Assembly (NCBI GenBank): GCA_964057225.1
Contig: OZ059900.1
Coordinates: forward strand, 5,270,001 to 5,334,000
Reading direction: 5' to 3'
Length of the DNA: 64,000 nucleotides
Source of the DNA: Auanema rhodensis
Lineage: Eukaryota > Animalia > Nematoda
Below, piece by piece: positions 26,701 to 41,300 of the stretch (positions are counted from its first letter, which is position 1; the number at the start of each line of letters is the position of its first letter). Made by a program: the position numbers and the translations under genes. The notes under the pieces are model-generated. The model did not search any database. It was not told the origin of the DNA and was given only the letters and a program-made list of their open reading frames with translations.

Positions 26701-28336
26701 CTTATTGTGTTTGATGCATGGTAGCCAGGACTTCCAATTTTATGTGAACAGTTAACTATACCACCTAAGTATCCGAAGAAAGTGATCTTGATTTGTAACT
26801 CGGTGCCCGGTAAAGATAGAAGAATACTGTACATTTTGATGAACTCTTCATGGCCATATTAGACTAAAAACACTATCTTATTGTGTTTGATGCATGGTAG
26901 CCAGGACTTCCAATTTTATGTGAACAGTTAACTATACCACCTAAGTATCCGAAGAAAGTGATCTTGATTTGTAACTCGGTGCCCGTTAAAGATAGAAGAA
27001 TACTGTACATTTTAATGAATTCTCCATGGCCATATTAGACTAAAAACACTATCTTATTGTGTTTGATGCATGGTAACCAAGACTTCCAATTTTATGTGAA
27101 GAGTTAACTATACCACCTAAGTATCCGAAGAAAGTGATCTTGATTTGTAACTTGGTGCCCGGTAAAGATAGAAGAATACTGTACATTTTAATGAATTCTC
27201 CATGGTCATATTAGTCTAAAAACACTATCTTATTGTGTTTGATGCATGGTAGCCAGGACTTCCAATTTTATGTGAAGAGTTAACTATACCACCTAAGTAT
27301 CCGAAGAAAGTGATCCTGATTTGTAACTTGGTGCCCGTTAAAGATAGAAGAATACTGTACATTTTAATAAATTCTCCATGGTCATATTAGTCTAAAAACA
27401 CTATCTTATTGTGTTTGATGCATGGTAGCCAGGACTTCCAATTTTATGTGAAGAGTTAACTATACCACCTAAGTATCCGAAGAAAGTGATCTTGATTTGT
27501 AACTTGGTGCCCGTTAAAGATAGAAGAATACTGTACATTTTAATAAATTCTCCATGGTCATATTAGTCTAAAAACACTATCTTATTGTGTTTGATGCATG
27601 GTAGCCAGGACTTCCAATTTTATGTGAAGAGTTAACTATACCACCTAAGTATCCGAAGAAAGTGATCTTGATTTGTAACTTGGTGCCCGGTAAAGATAGA
27701 AGAATACTGTACATTTTAATGAATTCTCCATGGTCATATTAGTCTAAAAACACTATCTTATTGTGTTTGATGCATGGTAGCCAGGACTTCCAATTTTATG
27801 TGAAGAGTTAACTATACCACCTAAGTATGCGAAGAAAGTGATCTTGATTTGTAACTTGGTGCCCGTTAAAGATAGAAGAATACTGTACATTTTAATGAAT
27901 TCTCCATGGCCATATTAGTCTAAAAACACTATCTTATTGTGTTTGATGCATGGTAACCTAGATTTCCAATTTTATGTGAAGAGTTAACTATACCACCTAA
28001 GTATCCGAAGAAAGTGATCTTGATTTGTAACTTGGTGCCCGTTAAAGATAGAAGAATACTGTACATTTTAATGAGTTCTCCATGGTCATATTAGTCTAAA
28101 AACACTATCTTATTGTGTTTGATGCATGGTAGCCAGGACTTCCAATTTTATGTGAAGAGTTAACTATACCACCTAAGTATCCGAAGAAAGTGATCTTGAT
28201 TTGTAACTCGGTGCCCGGTAAAGATAGAAGAATACTGTACATTTTGATGAACTCTTCATGGCCATATTAGACTAAAAACACTATCTTATTGTGTTTGATG
28301 CATGGTAGCCAGGACTTCCAATTTTATGTGAAGAGT
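23761..28336. repeat. ~7-monomer block duplicated at 19-monomer offset (3344 bp; from 23761 and from 27105)
   Basis: Shared rare markers: GATCCTG (~23972/27316), GTATGCG (24485/27829), AACCTAGATTT (~24615/27959) and ATGAGTTC. Confidence 0.9.
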
Positions 28337-29392
28337 TAACTATACCACCTAAGTATCCGAAGAAAGTGATCTTGATTTGTAACTCGGTGCCCGGTAAAGA
28401 TAGAAGAATACTGTACATTTCAATAAATTCTCCATGGCCATATTAGACTAAAAACACTATCTTATTGTGTTTGATGCATGGTAGCCAGGACTTCCAATTT
28501 TATGTGAAGAGTTAACTATACCACCTAAGTATCCGAAGAAAGTGATCTTGATTTGTAACTCGGTGCCCGGTAAAGATAGAAGAATACTGTACATTTTAAT
28601 GAATTCTCCATGGCCATATTAGTCTAAAAACACTATCTTATTGTGTTTGATGCATGGTAGCCAAGACTTCCAATTTTATGTGAACAGTTAACTATACCAC
28701 CTAAGTATCCGAAGAAAGTGATCTTGATTTGTAACTCGGTGCCCGGTAAAGATAGAAGAATACTGTACATTTTAATGAATTCTCCATGGCCATATTAGAC
28801 TAAAAACACTATCTTATTGTGTTTGATGCATGGTAGCCAGGACTTCCAATTTTATGTGAAGAGTTAACTATACCACCTAAGTATCCGAAGAAAGTGATCT
28901 TGATTTGTAACTCGGTGCCCGGTAAAGATAGAAGAATACTGTACATTTTAATGAATTCTCCATGGCCATATTAGTCTAAAAACACTATCTTATTGTGTTT
29001 GATGCATGGTAACCAAGACTTCCAATTTTATGTGAACAGTTAACTATACCACCTAAGTATCCGAAGAAAGTGATCTTGATTTGTAACTCGGTGCTTGTTA
29101 AAGATAGAAGAATACTGTACATTTTAATGAATTCTCCATGGCCATATTAGTCTAAAAACACTATCTTATTGTGTTTGATGCATGGTAACCAAGACTTCCA
29201 ATTTTATGTGAAGAGTTAACTATACCACCTAAGTATCCGAAGAAAGTGATCTTGATTTGTAACTCGGTGCCCGTTAAAGATAGTAGAATACTGTGCATTT
29301 TAATGAATTCTCCATGGGCATATTAGTCTAAAAACACTATCTTATTGTGTTTGATGCATGGTAACCAAGACTTCCAATTTTATGTGAACAGT

Positions 29393-32300
29393 TAACTATA
29401 CCACCTAAGTATCCGAAGAAAGTGATCTTGATTTGTAACTCGGTGCCCGTTAAAGATAGAAGAATACTGTACATTTTAATGAATTCTCCATGGCCATATT
29501 AGTCTAAAAACACTATCTTATTGTGTTTGATGCATGGTAGCCAGGACTTCCAATTTTATGTGAACAGTTAGCTATACCACCTAAGTATCCGAAGAAAGTG
29601 ATCTTGATTTGTAACTCGGTGCCCGTTAAAGATAGAAGAATACTGTACATTTTAATGAATTCTCCATGGCCATATTAGACTAAAAACACTATCTTATTGT
29701 GTTTGATGCATGGTAGCCAGGACTTCCAATTTTATGTGAACAGTTAACTATACCACCTAAGTATCCGAAGAAAGTGATCTTGATTTGTAACTCGGTGCCC
29801 GTTAAAGATAGAAGAATACTGTACATTTTGATGAACTCTCCATGGCCATATTAGACTAAAAACACTATCTTATTGTGTTTGATGCATGGTAGCCAGGACT
29901 TCCAATTTTATGTGAAGAGTTAACTATACCACCTAAGTATCCGAAGAAAGTGATCTTGATTTGTAACTCGGTGCCTGTTAAAGATAGAAGAATACTGTAC
30001 ATTTTGATGAACTCTCCATGGCCATATTAGACTAAAAACACTATCTTATTGTGTTTGATGCATGGTAGCCAGGACTTCCAATTTTATGTGAAGAGTTAAC
30101 TATACCACCTAAGTATCCGAAGAAAGTGATGTTGATTTGTAACTTGATGCCCGTTAAAGATAGAAGAATACTGTACATTTTAATGAATTCTCCATGGCCA
30201 TATTAGTCTAAAAACACTATCTTATTGTGTTTGATGCATGGTAGCCAGGACTTCCAATTTTATGTGAAGAGTTAACTATACCACCTAAGTATCCGAAGAA
30301 AGTGATGTTGATTTGTAACTTGATGCCCGTTAAAGATAGAAGAATACTGTACATTTTAATGAATTCTCCATGGTCATATTAGTCTAAAAACACTATCTTA
30401 TTGTGTTTGATGCATGGTAGCCAGGACTTCCAATTTTATGTGAAGAGTTAACTATACCACCTAAGTATCCGAAGAAAGTGATGTTGATTTGTAACTTGAT
30501 GCCCGTTAAAGATAGAAGAAGACTGTACATTTTAATGAATTCTCCATGGTCATATTAGTCTAAAAACACTATCTTATTGTGTTTGATGCATGGTAGCCAG
30601 GACTTCCAATTTTATGTGAAGAGTTAACTATACCACCTAAGTATCCGAAGAAAGTGATCTTGATTTGTAACTTGGTGCCCGGTAAAGATAGAAGAATACT
30701 GTACATTTTAATAAATTCTCCATGGTCATATTAGTCTAAAAACACTATCTTATGGTGTTTGATGCATGGTAGCCAGGACTTCCAATTTTATGTGAACAGT
30801 TAACTATACCACCTAAGTATCCGAAGAAAGTGATCTTGATTTGTAACTTGGTGCCCGTTAAAGATAGAAGAATACTGTACATTTTAATGAGTTCTCCATG
30901 GTCATATTAGTCTAAAAACACTATATTATTGTGTTTGATGCATGGTAGCCAGGACTTCCAATTTTATGTGAAGAGTTAACTATACCACCTAAGTATCCGA
31001 AGAAAGTGATCTTATTTGTAACTTGGTGCCCGTTAAAGATAGAAGAATACTGTGCATTTTAATGAATTCTCCGTGGTCATATTAGTCTAAAAACACTATC
31101 TTATTGTGTTTGATGCATGGTAGCCAGGACTTCCAATTTTATGTGAACAGTTAGCTATACCACCTAAGTATCCGAAGAAAGTGATCTTGATTTGTAACTC
31201 GGTGCCCGTTAAAGATAGTAGAATACTGTGCATTTTAATGAATTCTCCATGGGCATATTAGTCTAAAAACACTATCTTATTGTGTTTGATGCATGGTAAC
31301 CAAGACTTCCAATTTTATGTGAACAGTTAACTATACCACCTAAGTATCCGAAGAAAGTGATCTTGATTTGTAACTTGGTGCCCGTTAAAGATAGTAGAAT
31401 ACTGTGCATTTTAATGAATTCTCCATGGTCATATTAGTCTAAAAACACTATATTATTGTGTTTGATGCATGGTAGCCAGGACTTCCAATTTTATGTGAAG
31501 AGTTAACTATACCACCTAAGTATCCGAAGAAAGTGATCTTATTTGTAACTTGGTGCCCGTTAAAGATAGAAGAATACTGTACATTTTAATGAATTCTCCG
31601 TGGTCATATTAGTCTAAAAACACTATCTTATTGTGTTTGATGCATGGTAGCCAGGACTTCCAATTTTATGTGAACAGTTAGCTATACCACCTAAGTATCC
31701 GAAGAAAGTGATCTTGATTTGTAACTCGGTGCCCGTTAAAGATAGTAGAATACTGTGCATTTTAATGAATTCTCCATGGGCATATTAGTCTAAAAACACT
31801 ATCTTATTGTGTTTGATGCATGGTAACCAAGACTTCCAATTTTATGTGAACAGTTAACTATACCACCTAAGTATCCGAAGAAAGTGATCTTGATTTGTAA
31901 CTCGGTGCCCGTTAAAGATAGAAGAATACTGTACATTTTAATGAATTCTCCATGGCCATATTAGTCTAAAAACACTATCTTATTGTGTTTGATGCATGGT
32001 AGCCAGGACTTCCAATTTTATGTGAACAGTTAGCTATACCACCTAAGTATCCGAAGAAAGTGATCTTGATTTGTAACTCGGTGCCCGTTAAAGATAGAAG
32101 AATACTGTACATTTTAATGAATTCTCCATGGCCATATTAGACTAAAAACACTATCTTATTGTGTTTGATGCATGGTAGCCAGGACTTCCAATTTTATGTG
32201 AAGAGTTAACTATACCACCTAAGTATCCGAAGAAAGTGATCTTGATTTGTAACTCGGTGCCCGTTAAAGATAGAAGAATACTGTACATTTTGATGAACTC

Positions 32301-35300
32301 TCCATGGCCATATTAGACTAAAAACACTATCTTATTGTGTTTGATGCATGGTAGCCAGGACTTCCAATTTTATGTGAAGAGTTAACTATACCACCTAAGT
32401 ATCCGAAGAAAGTGATGTTGATTTGTAACTTGATGCCCGTTAAAGATAGAAGAATACTGTACATTTTAATGAATTCTCCATGGCCATATTAGTCTAAAAA
32501 CACTATCTTATTGTGTTTGATGCATGGTAGCCAGGACTTCCAATTTTATGTGAAGAGTTAACTATACCACCTAAGTATCCGAAGAAAGTGATGTTGATTT
32601 GTAACTTGATGCCCGTTAAAGATAGAAGAATACTGTACATTTTAATGAATTCTCCATGGTCATATTAGTCTAAAAACACTATCTTATTGTGTTTGATGCA
32701 TGGTAGCCAGGACTTCCAATTTTATGTGAACAGTTAGCTATACCACCTAAGTATCCGAAGAAAGTGATCTTGATTTGTAACTCGGTGCCCGTTAAAGATA
32801 GTAGAATACTGTGCATTTTAATGAATTCTCCATGGGCATATTAGTCTAAAAACACTATCTTATTGTGTTTGATGCATGGTAACCAAGACTTCCAATTTTA
32901 TGTGAACAGTTAACTATACCACCTAAGTATCCGAAGAAAGTGATCTTGATTTGTAACTTGGTGCCCGTTAAAGATAGTAGAATACTGTGCATTTTAATGA
33001 ATTCTCCATGGTCATGTTAGTCTAAAAACACTATCTTATTGTGTTTGATGCATGGTAGCCAGGACTTCCAATTTTATGTGAACAGTTAGCTATACCACCT
33101 AAGTATCCGAAGAAAGTGATCTTGATTTGTAACTCGGTGCCCGTTAAAGATAGTAGAATACTGTGCATTTTAATGAATTCTCCATGGCCATATTAGTCTA
33201 AAAACACTATCTTATTGTGTTTGATGCATGGTAGCCAGGACTTCCAATTTTATGTGAACAGTTAGCTATACCACCTAAGTATCCGAAGAAAGTGATCTTG
33301 ATTTGTAACTCGGTGCCCGTTAAAGATAGTAGAATACTGTGCATTTTAATGAATTCTCCATGGGCATATTAGTCTAAAAACACTATCTTATTGTGTTTGA
33401 TGCATGGTAACCAAGACTTCCAATTTTATGTGAACAGTTAACTATACCACCTAAGTATCCGAAGAAAGTGATCTTGATTTGTAACTCGGTGCCCGTTAAA
33501 GATAGAAAAATACTGTACATTTTAATGAATTCTCCATGGGCATATTAGTCTAAAAACACTATCTTATTGTGTTTGATGCATGGTAACCAAGACTTCCAAT
33601 TTTATGTGAACAGTTAACTATACCACCTAAGTATCCGAAGAAAGTGATCTTGATTTGTAACTCGGTGCCCGTTAAAGATAGAAAAATACTGTACATTTTA
33701 ATGAATTCTCCATGGCCATATTAGTCTAAAAACACTATCTTATTGTGTTTGATGCATGGTAGCCAGGACTTCCAATTTTATGTGAACAGTTAGCTATACC
33801 ACCTAAGTATCCGAAGAAAGTGATCTTGATTTGTAACTCGGTGCCCGTTAAAGATAGAAGAATACTGTACATTTTAATGAATTCTCCATGGCCATATTAG
33901 ACTAAAAACACTATCTTATTGTGTTTGATGCATGGTAGCCAGGACTTCCAATTTTATGTGAACAGTTAACTATACCACCTAAGTATCCGAAGAAAGTGAT
34001 CTTGATTTGTAACTCGGTGCCCGTTAAAGATAGAAGAATACTGTACATTTTGATGAACTCTCCATGGCCATATTAGACTAAAAACACTATCTTATTGTGT
34101 TTGATGCATGGTAGCCAGGACTTCCAATTTTATGTGAAGAGTTAACTATACCACCTAAGTATCCGAAGAAAGTGATCTTGATTTGTAACTCGGTGCCCGT
34201 TAAAGATAGAAGAATACTGTACATTTTGATGAACTCTCCATGGCCATATTAGACTAAAAACACTATCTTATTGTGTTTGATGCATGGTAGCCAGGACTTC
34301 CAATTTTATGTGAAGAGTTAACTATACCACCTAAGTATCCGAAGAAAGTGATGTTGATTTGTAACTTGATGCCCGTTAAAGATAGAAGAATACTGTACAT
34401 TTTAATGAATTCTCCATGGCCATATTAGTCTAAAAACACTATCTTATTGTGTTTGATGCATGGTAGCCAGGACTTCCAATTTTATGTGAAGAGTTAACTA
34501 TACCACCTAAGTATCCGAAGAAAGTGATGTTGATTTGTAACTTGATGCCCGTTAAAGATAGAAGAATACTGTACATTTTAATGAATTCTCCATGGTCATA
34601 TTAGTCTAAAAACACTATCTTATTGTGTTTGATGCATGGTAGCCAGGACTTCCAATTTTATGTGAAGAGTTAACTATACCACCTAAGTATCCGAAGAAAG
34701 TGATGTTGATTTGTAACTTGATGCCCGTTAAAGATAGAAGAAGACTGTACATTTTAATGAATTCTACATGGTCATATTAGTCTAAAAACACTATCTTATT
34801 GTGTTTGATGCATGGTAGCCAGGACTTCCAATTTTATGTGAAGAGTTAACTATACCACCTAAGTATCCGAAGAAAGTGATCTTGATTTGTAACTTGGTGC
34901 CCGGTAAAGATAGAAGAATACTGTACATTTTAATAAATTCTCCATGGTCATATTAGTCTAAAAACACTATCTTATGGTGTTTGATGCATGGTAGCCAGGA
35001 CTTCCAATTTTATGTGAACAGTTAACTATACCACCTAAGTATCCGAAGAAAGTGATCTTGATTTGTAACTTGGTGCCCGTTAAAGATAGAAGAATACTGT
35101 ACATTTTAATGAGTTCTCCATGGTCATATTAGTCTAAAAACACTATATTATTGTGTTTGATGCATGGTAGCCAGGACTTCCAATTTTATGTGAAGAGTTA
35201 ACTATACCACCTAAGTATCCGAAGAAAGTGATCTTATTTGTAACTTGGTGCCCGTTAAAGATAGAAGAATACTGTACATTTTAATGAATTCTCCGTGGTC

Positions 35301-35374
35301 ATATTAGTCTAAAAACACTATCTTATTGTGTTTGATGCATGGTAGCCAGGACTTCCAATTTTATGTGAACAGTT
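29393..35374. repeat. ~10-monomer block duplicated at 24-monomer offset (4222 bp)
   Basis: Markers GAAGACTG (30521/34743), TTATGGTG (30754/34976), the G deletion (31013/35235) and three consecutive GATGTTG...TTGATG units occur in both copies. 4222 = 24x176-2. Confidence 0.88.
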
Positions 35375-38300
35375 AGCTATACCACCTAAGTATCCGAAGA
35401 AAGTGATCTTGATTTGTAACTCGGTGCCCGTTAAAGTTAGAAGAATACTGTACATTTTAATAAATTCTCCGTGGTCATATTAGTCTAAAAACACTATCTT
35501 ATTGTGTTTGATGCATGGTAGCCAGGACTTCCAATTTTATGTGAAGAGTTAACTATACCACCTAAGTATCCGAAGAAAGTGATCTTGATTTGTAACTTGG
35601 TGCCCGGTAAAGATAGAAGAATACTGTACATTTTAATAAATTCTCCATGGTCATATTAGTCTAAAAACACTATCTTATGGTGTTTGATGCATGGTAGCCA
35701 GGACTTCCAATTTTATGTGAACAGTTAACTATACCACCTAAGTATCCGAAGAAAGTGATCTTGATTTGTAACTTGGTGCCCGTTAAAGATAGAAGAATAC
35801 TGTACATTTTAATGAGTTCTCCATGGTCATATTAGTCTAAAAACACTATATTATTGTGTTTGATGCATGGTAGCCAGGACTTCCAATTTTATGTGAACAG
35901 TTAGCTATACCACCTAAGTATCCGAAGAAAGTGATCTTGATTTGTAACTCGGTGCCCGTTAAAGATAGAAGAATACTGTACATTTTAATGAATTCTCCAT
36001 GGCCATATTAGACTGAAAACACTATCTTATTGTGTTTGATGCATGGTAGCCAGGACTTCCAATTTTATGTGAACAGTTAACTATACCACCTAAGTATCTA
36101 AAGAAAGTGATCTTGATTTGTAACTCGGTGCCCGTTAAAGATAGAAGAACACTGTACATTTTAATGAGTTCTCCATGGTCATATTAGTCTAAAAACACTA
36201 TATTATTGTGTTTGATGCATGGTAGCCAGGACTTCCAATTTTATGTGAAGAGTTAGCTATACCACCTAAGTATCCGAAGAAAGTGATCTTGATTTGTAAC
36301 TCGGTGCCCGTTAAAGATAGAAGAATACTGTACATTTTAATGAATTCTCCATGGCCATATTAGACTGAAAACACTATCTTATTGTGTTTGATGCATGGTA
36401 GCCAGGACTTCCAATATTATGTGAACAGTTAACTATACCACCTAAGTATCCGAAGAAAGTGATCTTGATTTGTAACTCGGTGCCCGTTAAAGATAGAAGA
36501 ATACTGTACATTTTAATGAATTCTCCATGGTCATATTAGTCTAAAAACACTAACTTAATGGGTTTGATGCATGGTAGCCAGGACTTCCAATTTTATGTGA
36601 ACAGTTAACTATACCACCTAAGTATCTAAAGAAAGTGATCTTGATTTGTAACTCGGTGCCCGTTAAAGATAGAAGAATACTGTACATTTTAATGAATTCT
36701 CCATGGTCATATTAGTCTAAAAACACTATCTTATTGTGTTTGATGCATGGTAGCCAGGACTTCCAATTTTATGTGAACAGTTAACTATACCACCTAAGTA
36801 TCCGAAGAAAGTGATCTTGATTTGTAACTTGGTGCCCGTTAAAGATAGAAGAATACTGTACATTTTAATAAATTCTCCATGGTCATATTGGTCTAAAAAC
36901 ACTATCTTATTGTGTTTGATGCATGGTAGCCAGGACTTCCAATTTTATGTGAACAGTTAACTATACCACCTAAGTATCTAAAGAAAGGAATCTTGATTTG
37001 TAACTCGGTGCCCGTTAAAGATAGAAGAATACTGTACATTTTAATGAATTCTCCATGGTCATATTAGTCTAAAAACACTAACTTAATGGGTTTGATGCAT
37101 GGTAACCAAGACTTCCAATTTTATGTGAACAGTTAACTATACCACCTAAGTATCTAAAGAAAGTGATCTTGATTTGTAACTCGGTGCCCGTTAAAGATAG
37201 AAGAATACTGTACATTTTAATAAATTCTCCATAGCCATATTAGACTAAAAACACTATCTTATTGTGTTTGATGCATGGTAGCCAGGACTTCCAATTTTAT
37301 GTGAAGAGTTAACTATACCACCTAAGTATCCGAAGAAAGTGATCTTGATTTGTAACTTGGTGCCCGTTAAAGATAGAAGAATACTGTACATTTTAATGAA
37401 TTCTCCATGGTCATATTAGTCTAAAAACACTATCTTATTGTGTTTGATGCATGGTAGCCAGGACTTCCAATTTTATGTGAACAGTTAACTATACCACCTA
37501 AGTATCCGAAGAAAGTGATCTTGATTTGTAACTTGGTGCCCGTTAAAGATAGAAGAATACTGTACATTTTAATAAATTCTCCATGGCCATATTAGACTAA
37601 AAACACTATCTTATTGTGTTTGATGCATGGTAGCCAGGACTTCCAATTTTATGTGAACAGTTAACTATACCACCTAAGTATCCGAAGAAAGTGATCTTGA
37701 TTTGTAACTTGGTGCCCGTTAAAGATAGAAGAATACTGTACATTTTAATAAATTCTCCATGGCCATATTAGACTAAAAACACTATCTTATTGTGTTTGAT
37801 GCATGGTAGCCAGGACTTCCAATTTTATGTGAACAGTTAACTATACCACCTAAGTATCCGAAGAAAGTGATCTTGATTTGTAACTTGGTGCCCGTTAAAG
37901 ATAGAAGAATACTGTACATTTTAATAAATTCTCCATGGCCATATTAGACTAAAAACACTATCTTATTGTGTTTGATGCATGGTAGCCAGGACTTCCAATT
38001 TTATGTGAAGAGTTAACTATACCACCTAAGTATCCGAAGAAAGTGATCTTGATTTGTAACTCGGTGCCCGTTAAAGATAGAAAAATACTGTACATTTTAA
38101 TGAATTCTCCATGGTCATATTAGTCTAAAAACACTATCTTATTGTGTTTGATGCATGGTAGCCAGGACTTCCAATTTTATGTGAACAGTTAACTATACCA
38201 CCTAAGTATCTAAAGAAAGTGATCTTGATTTGTAACTCGGTGCCCGTTAAAGATAGAAAAATACTGTACATTTTAATGAATTCTCCATGGTCATATTAGT

Positions 38301-41300
38301 CTAAAAACACTATCTTATTGTGTTTGATGCATGGTAGCCAGGACTTCCAATTTTATGTGAACAGTTAACTATACCACCTAAGTATCCGAAGAAAGTGATC
38401 TTGATTTGTAACTTGGTGCCCGTTAAAGATAGAAGAATACTGTACATTTTAATGAATTCTCCATGGTCATATTAGTCTAAAAACACTATCTTATTGTGTT
38501 TGATGCATGGTAGCCAGGACTTCCAATTTTATGTGAACAGTTAACTATACCACCTAAGTATCTAAAGAAAGTGATCTTGATTTGTAACTCGGTGCCCGTT
38601 AAAGATAGAAAAATACTGTACATTTTAATGAATTCTCCATGGTCATATTAGTCTAAAAACACTATCTTATTGTGTTTGATGCATGGTAGCCAGGACTTCC
38701 AATTTTATGTGAACAGTTAACTATACCACCTAAGTATCCGAAGAAAGTGATCTTGATTTGTAACTTGGTGCCCGTTAAAGATAGAAGAATACTGTACATT
38801 TTAATGAATTCTCCATGGTCATATTAGTCTAAAAACACTAACTTAATGGGTTTGATGCATGGTAACCAAGACTTCCAATTTTATGTGAACAGTTAACTAT
38901 ACCACCTAAGTATCTAAAGAAAGTGATCTTGATTTGTAACTCGGTGCCCGTTAAAGATAGAAGAATACTGTACATTTTAATGAATTTTCCATGGCCATAT
39001 TAGTCTAAAAACACTATCTTATTGTGTTTGATGCATGGTAGCCAGGACTTCCAATTTTATGTGAACAGTTAACTATACCACCTAAGTATCTAAAGAAAGT
39101 GATCTTGATTTGTAACTCGGTGCCCGTTAAAGATAGAAAAATACTGTACATTTTAATGAATTCTCCAGGGTCATATTAGTCTAAAAACACTATCTTATTG
39201 TGTTTGATGCATGGTAGCCAGGACTTCCAATTTTATGTGAACAGTTAACTATACCACCTAAGTATCTAAAGAAAGTGATCTTGATTTGTAACTCGGTGCC
39301 CGTTAAAGATAGAAAAATACTGTACATTTTAATGAATTCTCCATGGTCATATTAGTCTAAAAACACTATCTTATTGTGTTTGATGCATGGTAGCCAGGAC
39401 TTCCAATTTTATGTGAACAGTTAACTATACCACCTAAGTATCTAAAGAAAGTGATCTTGATTTGTAACTCGGTGCCCGTTAAAGATAGAAGAATACTGTA
39501 CATTTTAATGAATTCTCCATGGTCATATTAGTCTAAAAACACTATCTTATTGTGTTTGATGCATGGTAGCCAGGACTTCCAATTTTATGTGAACAGTTAA
39601 CTATACCACCTAAGTATCTAAAGAAAGTGATCTTGATTTGTAACTTGGTGCCCGTTAAAGATAGAAGAATACTGTACATTTTAATAAATTCTCCATGGCC
39701 ATATTAGACTAAAAACACTATCTTATTGTGTTTGATGCATGGTAGCCAGGACTTCCAATTTTATGTGAACAGTTAACTATACCACCTAAGTATCTAAAGA
39801 AAGTGATCTTGATTTGTAACTTGGTGCCCGTTAAAGATAGAAGAATACTGTACATTTTAATAAATTCTCCATGGCCATATTAGACTAAAAACACTATCTT
39901 ATTGTGTTTGATGCATGGTAGCCAGGACTTCCAATTTTATGTGAACAGTTAACTATACCACCTAAGTATCCGAAGAAAGTGATCTTGATTTGTAACTTGG
40001 TGCCCGTTAAAGATAGAAGAATACTGTACATTTTAATAAATTCTCCATGGCCATATTAGACTAAAAACACTATCTTATTGTGTTTGATGCATGGTAGCCA
40101 GGACTTCCAATTTTATGTGAACAGTTAACTATACCACCTAAGTATCCGAAGAAAGTGATCTTGATTTGTAACTTGGTGCCCGTTAAAGATAGAAGAATAC
40201 TGTACATTTTAATGAGTTCTCCATGGTCATATTAGTCTAAAAACACTATATTATTGTGTTTGATGCATGGTAGCCAGGACTTCCAATTTTATGTGAAGAG
40301 TTAACTATACCACCTAAGTATCCGAAGAAAGTGATCTTATTTGTAACTTGGTGCCCGTTAAAGATAGAAGAATACTGTACATTTTAATGAATTCTCCGTG
40401 GTCATATTAGTCTAAAAACACTATCTTATTGTGTTTGATGCATGGTAGCCAGGACTTCCAATTTTATGTGAACAGTTAGCTATACCACCTAAGTATCCGA
40501 AGAAAGTGATCTTGATTTGTAACTCGGTGCCCGTTAAAGTTAGAAGAATACTGTACATTTTAATAAATTCTCCGTGGTCATATTAGTCTAAAAACACTAT
40601 CTTATTGTGTTTGATGCATGGTAGCCAGGACTTCCAATTTTATGTGAAGAGTTAACTATACCACCTAAGTATCCGAAGAAAGTGATCTTGATTTGTAACT
40701 TGGTGCCCGGTAAAGATAGAAGAATACTGTACATTTTAATAAATTCTCCATGGTCATATTAGTCTAAAAACACTATCTTATGGTGTTTGATGCATGGTAG
40801 CCAGGACTTCCAATTTTATGTGAACAGTTAACTATACCACCTAAGTATCCGAAGAAAGTGATCTTGATTTGTAACTTGGTGCCCGTTAAAGATAGAAGAA
40901 TACTGTACATTTTAATGAGTTCTCCATGGTCATATTAGTCTAAAAACACTATATTATTGTGTTTGATGCATGGTAGCCAGGACTTCCAATTTTATGTGAA
41001 CAGTTAGCTATACCACCTAAGTATCCGAAGAAAGTGATCTTGATTTGTAACTCGGTGCCCGTTAAAGATAGAAGAATACTGTACATTTTAATGAATTCTC
41101 CATGGCCATATTAGACTGAAAACACTATCTTATTGTGTTTGATGCATGGTAGCCAGGACTTCCAATTTTATGTGAACAGTTAACTATACCACCTAAGTAT
41201 CTAAAGAAAGTGATCTTGATTTGTAACTCGGTGCCCGTTAAAGATAGAAGAACACTGTACATTTTAATGAGTTCTCCATGGTCATATTAGTCTAAAAACA

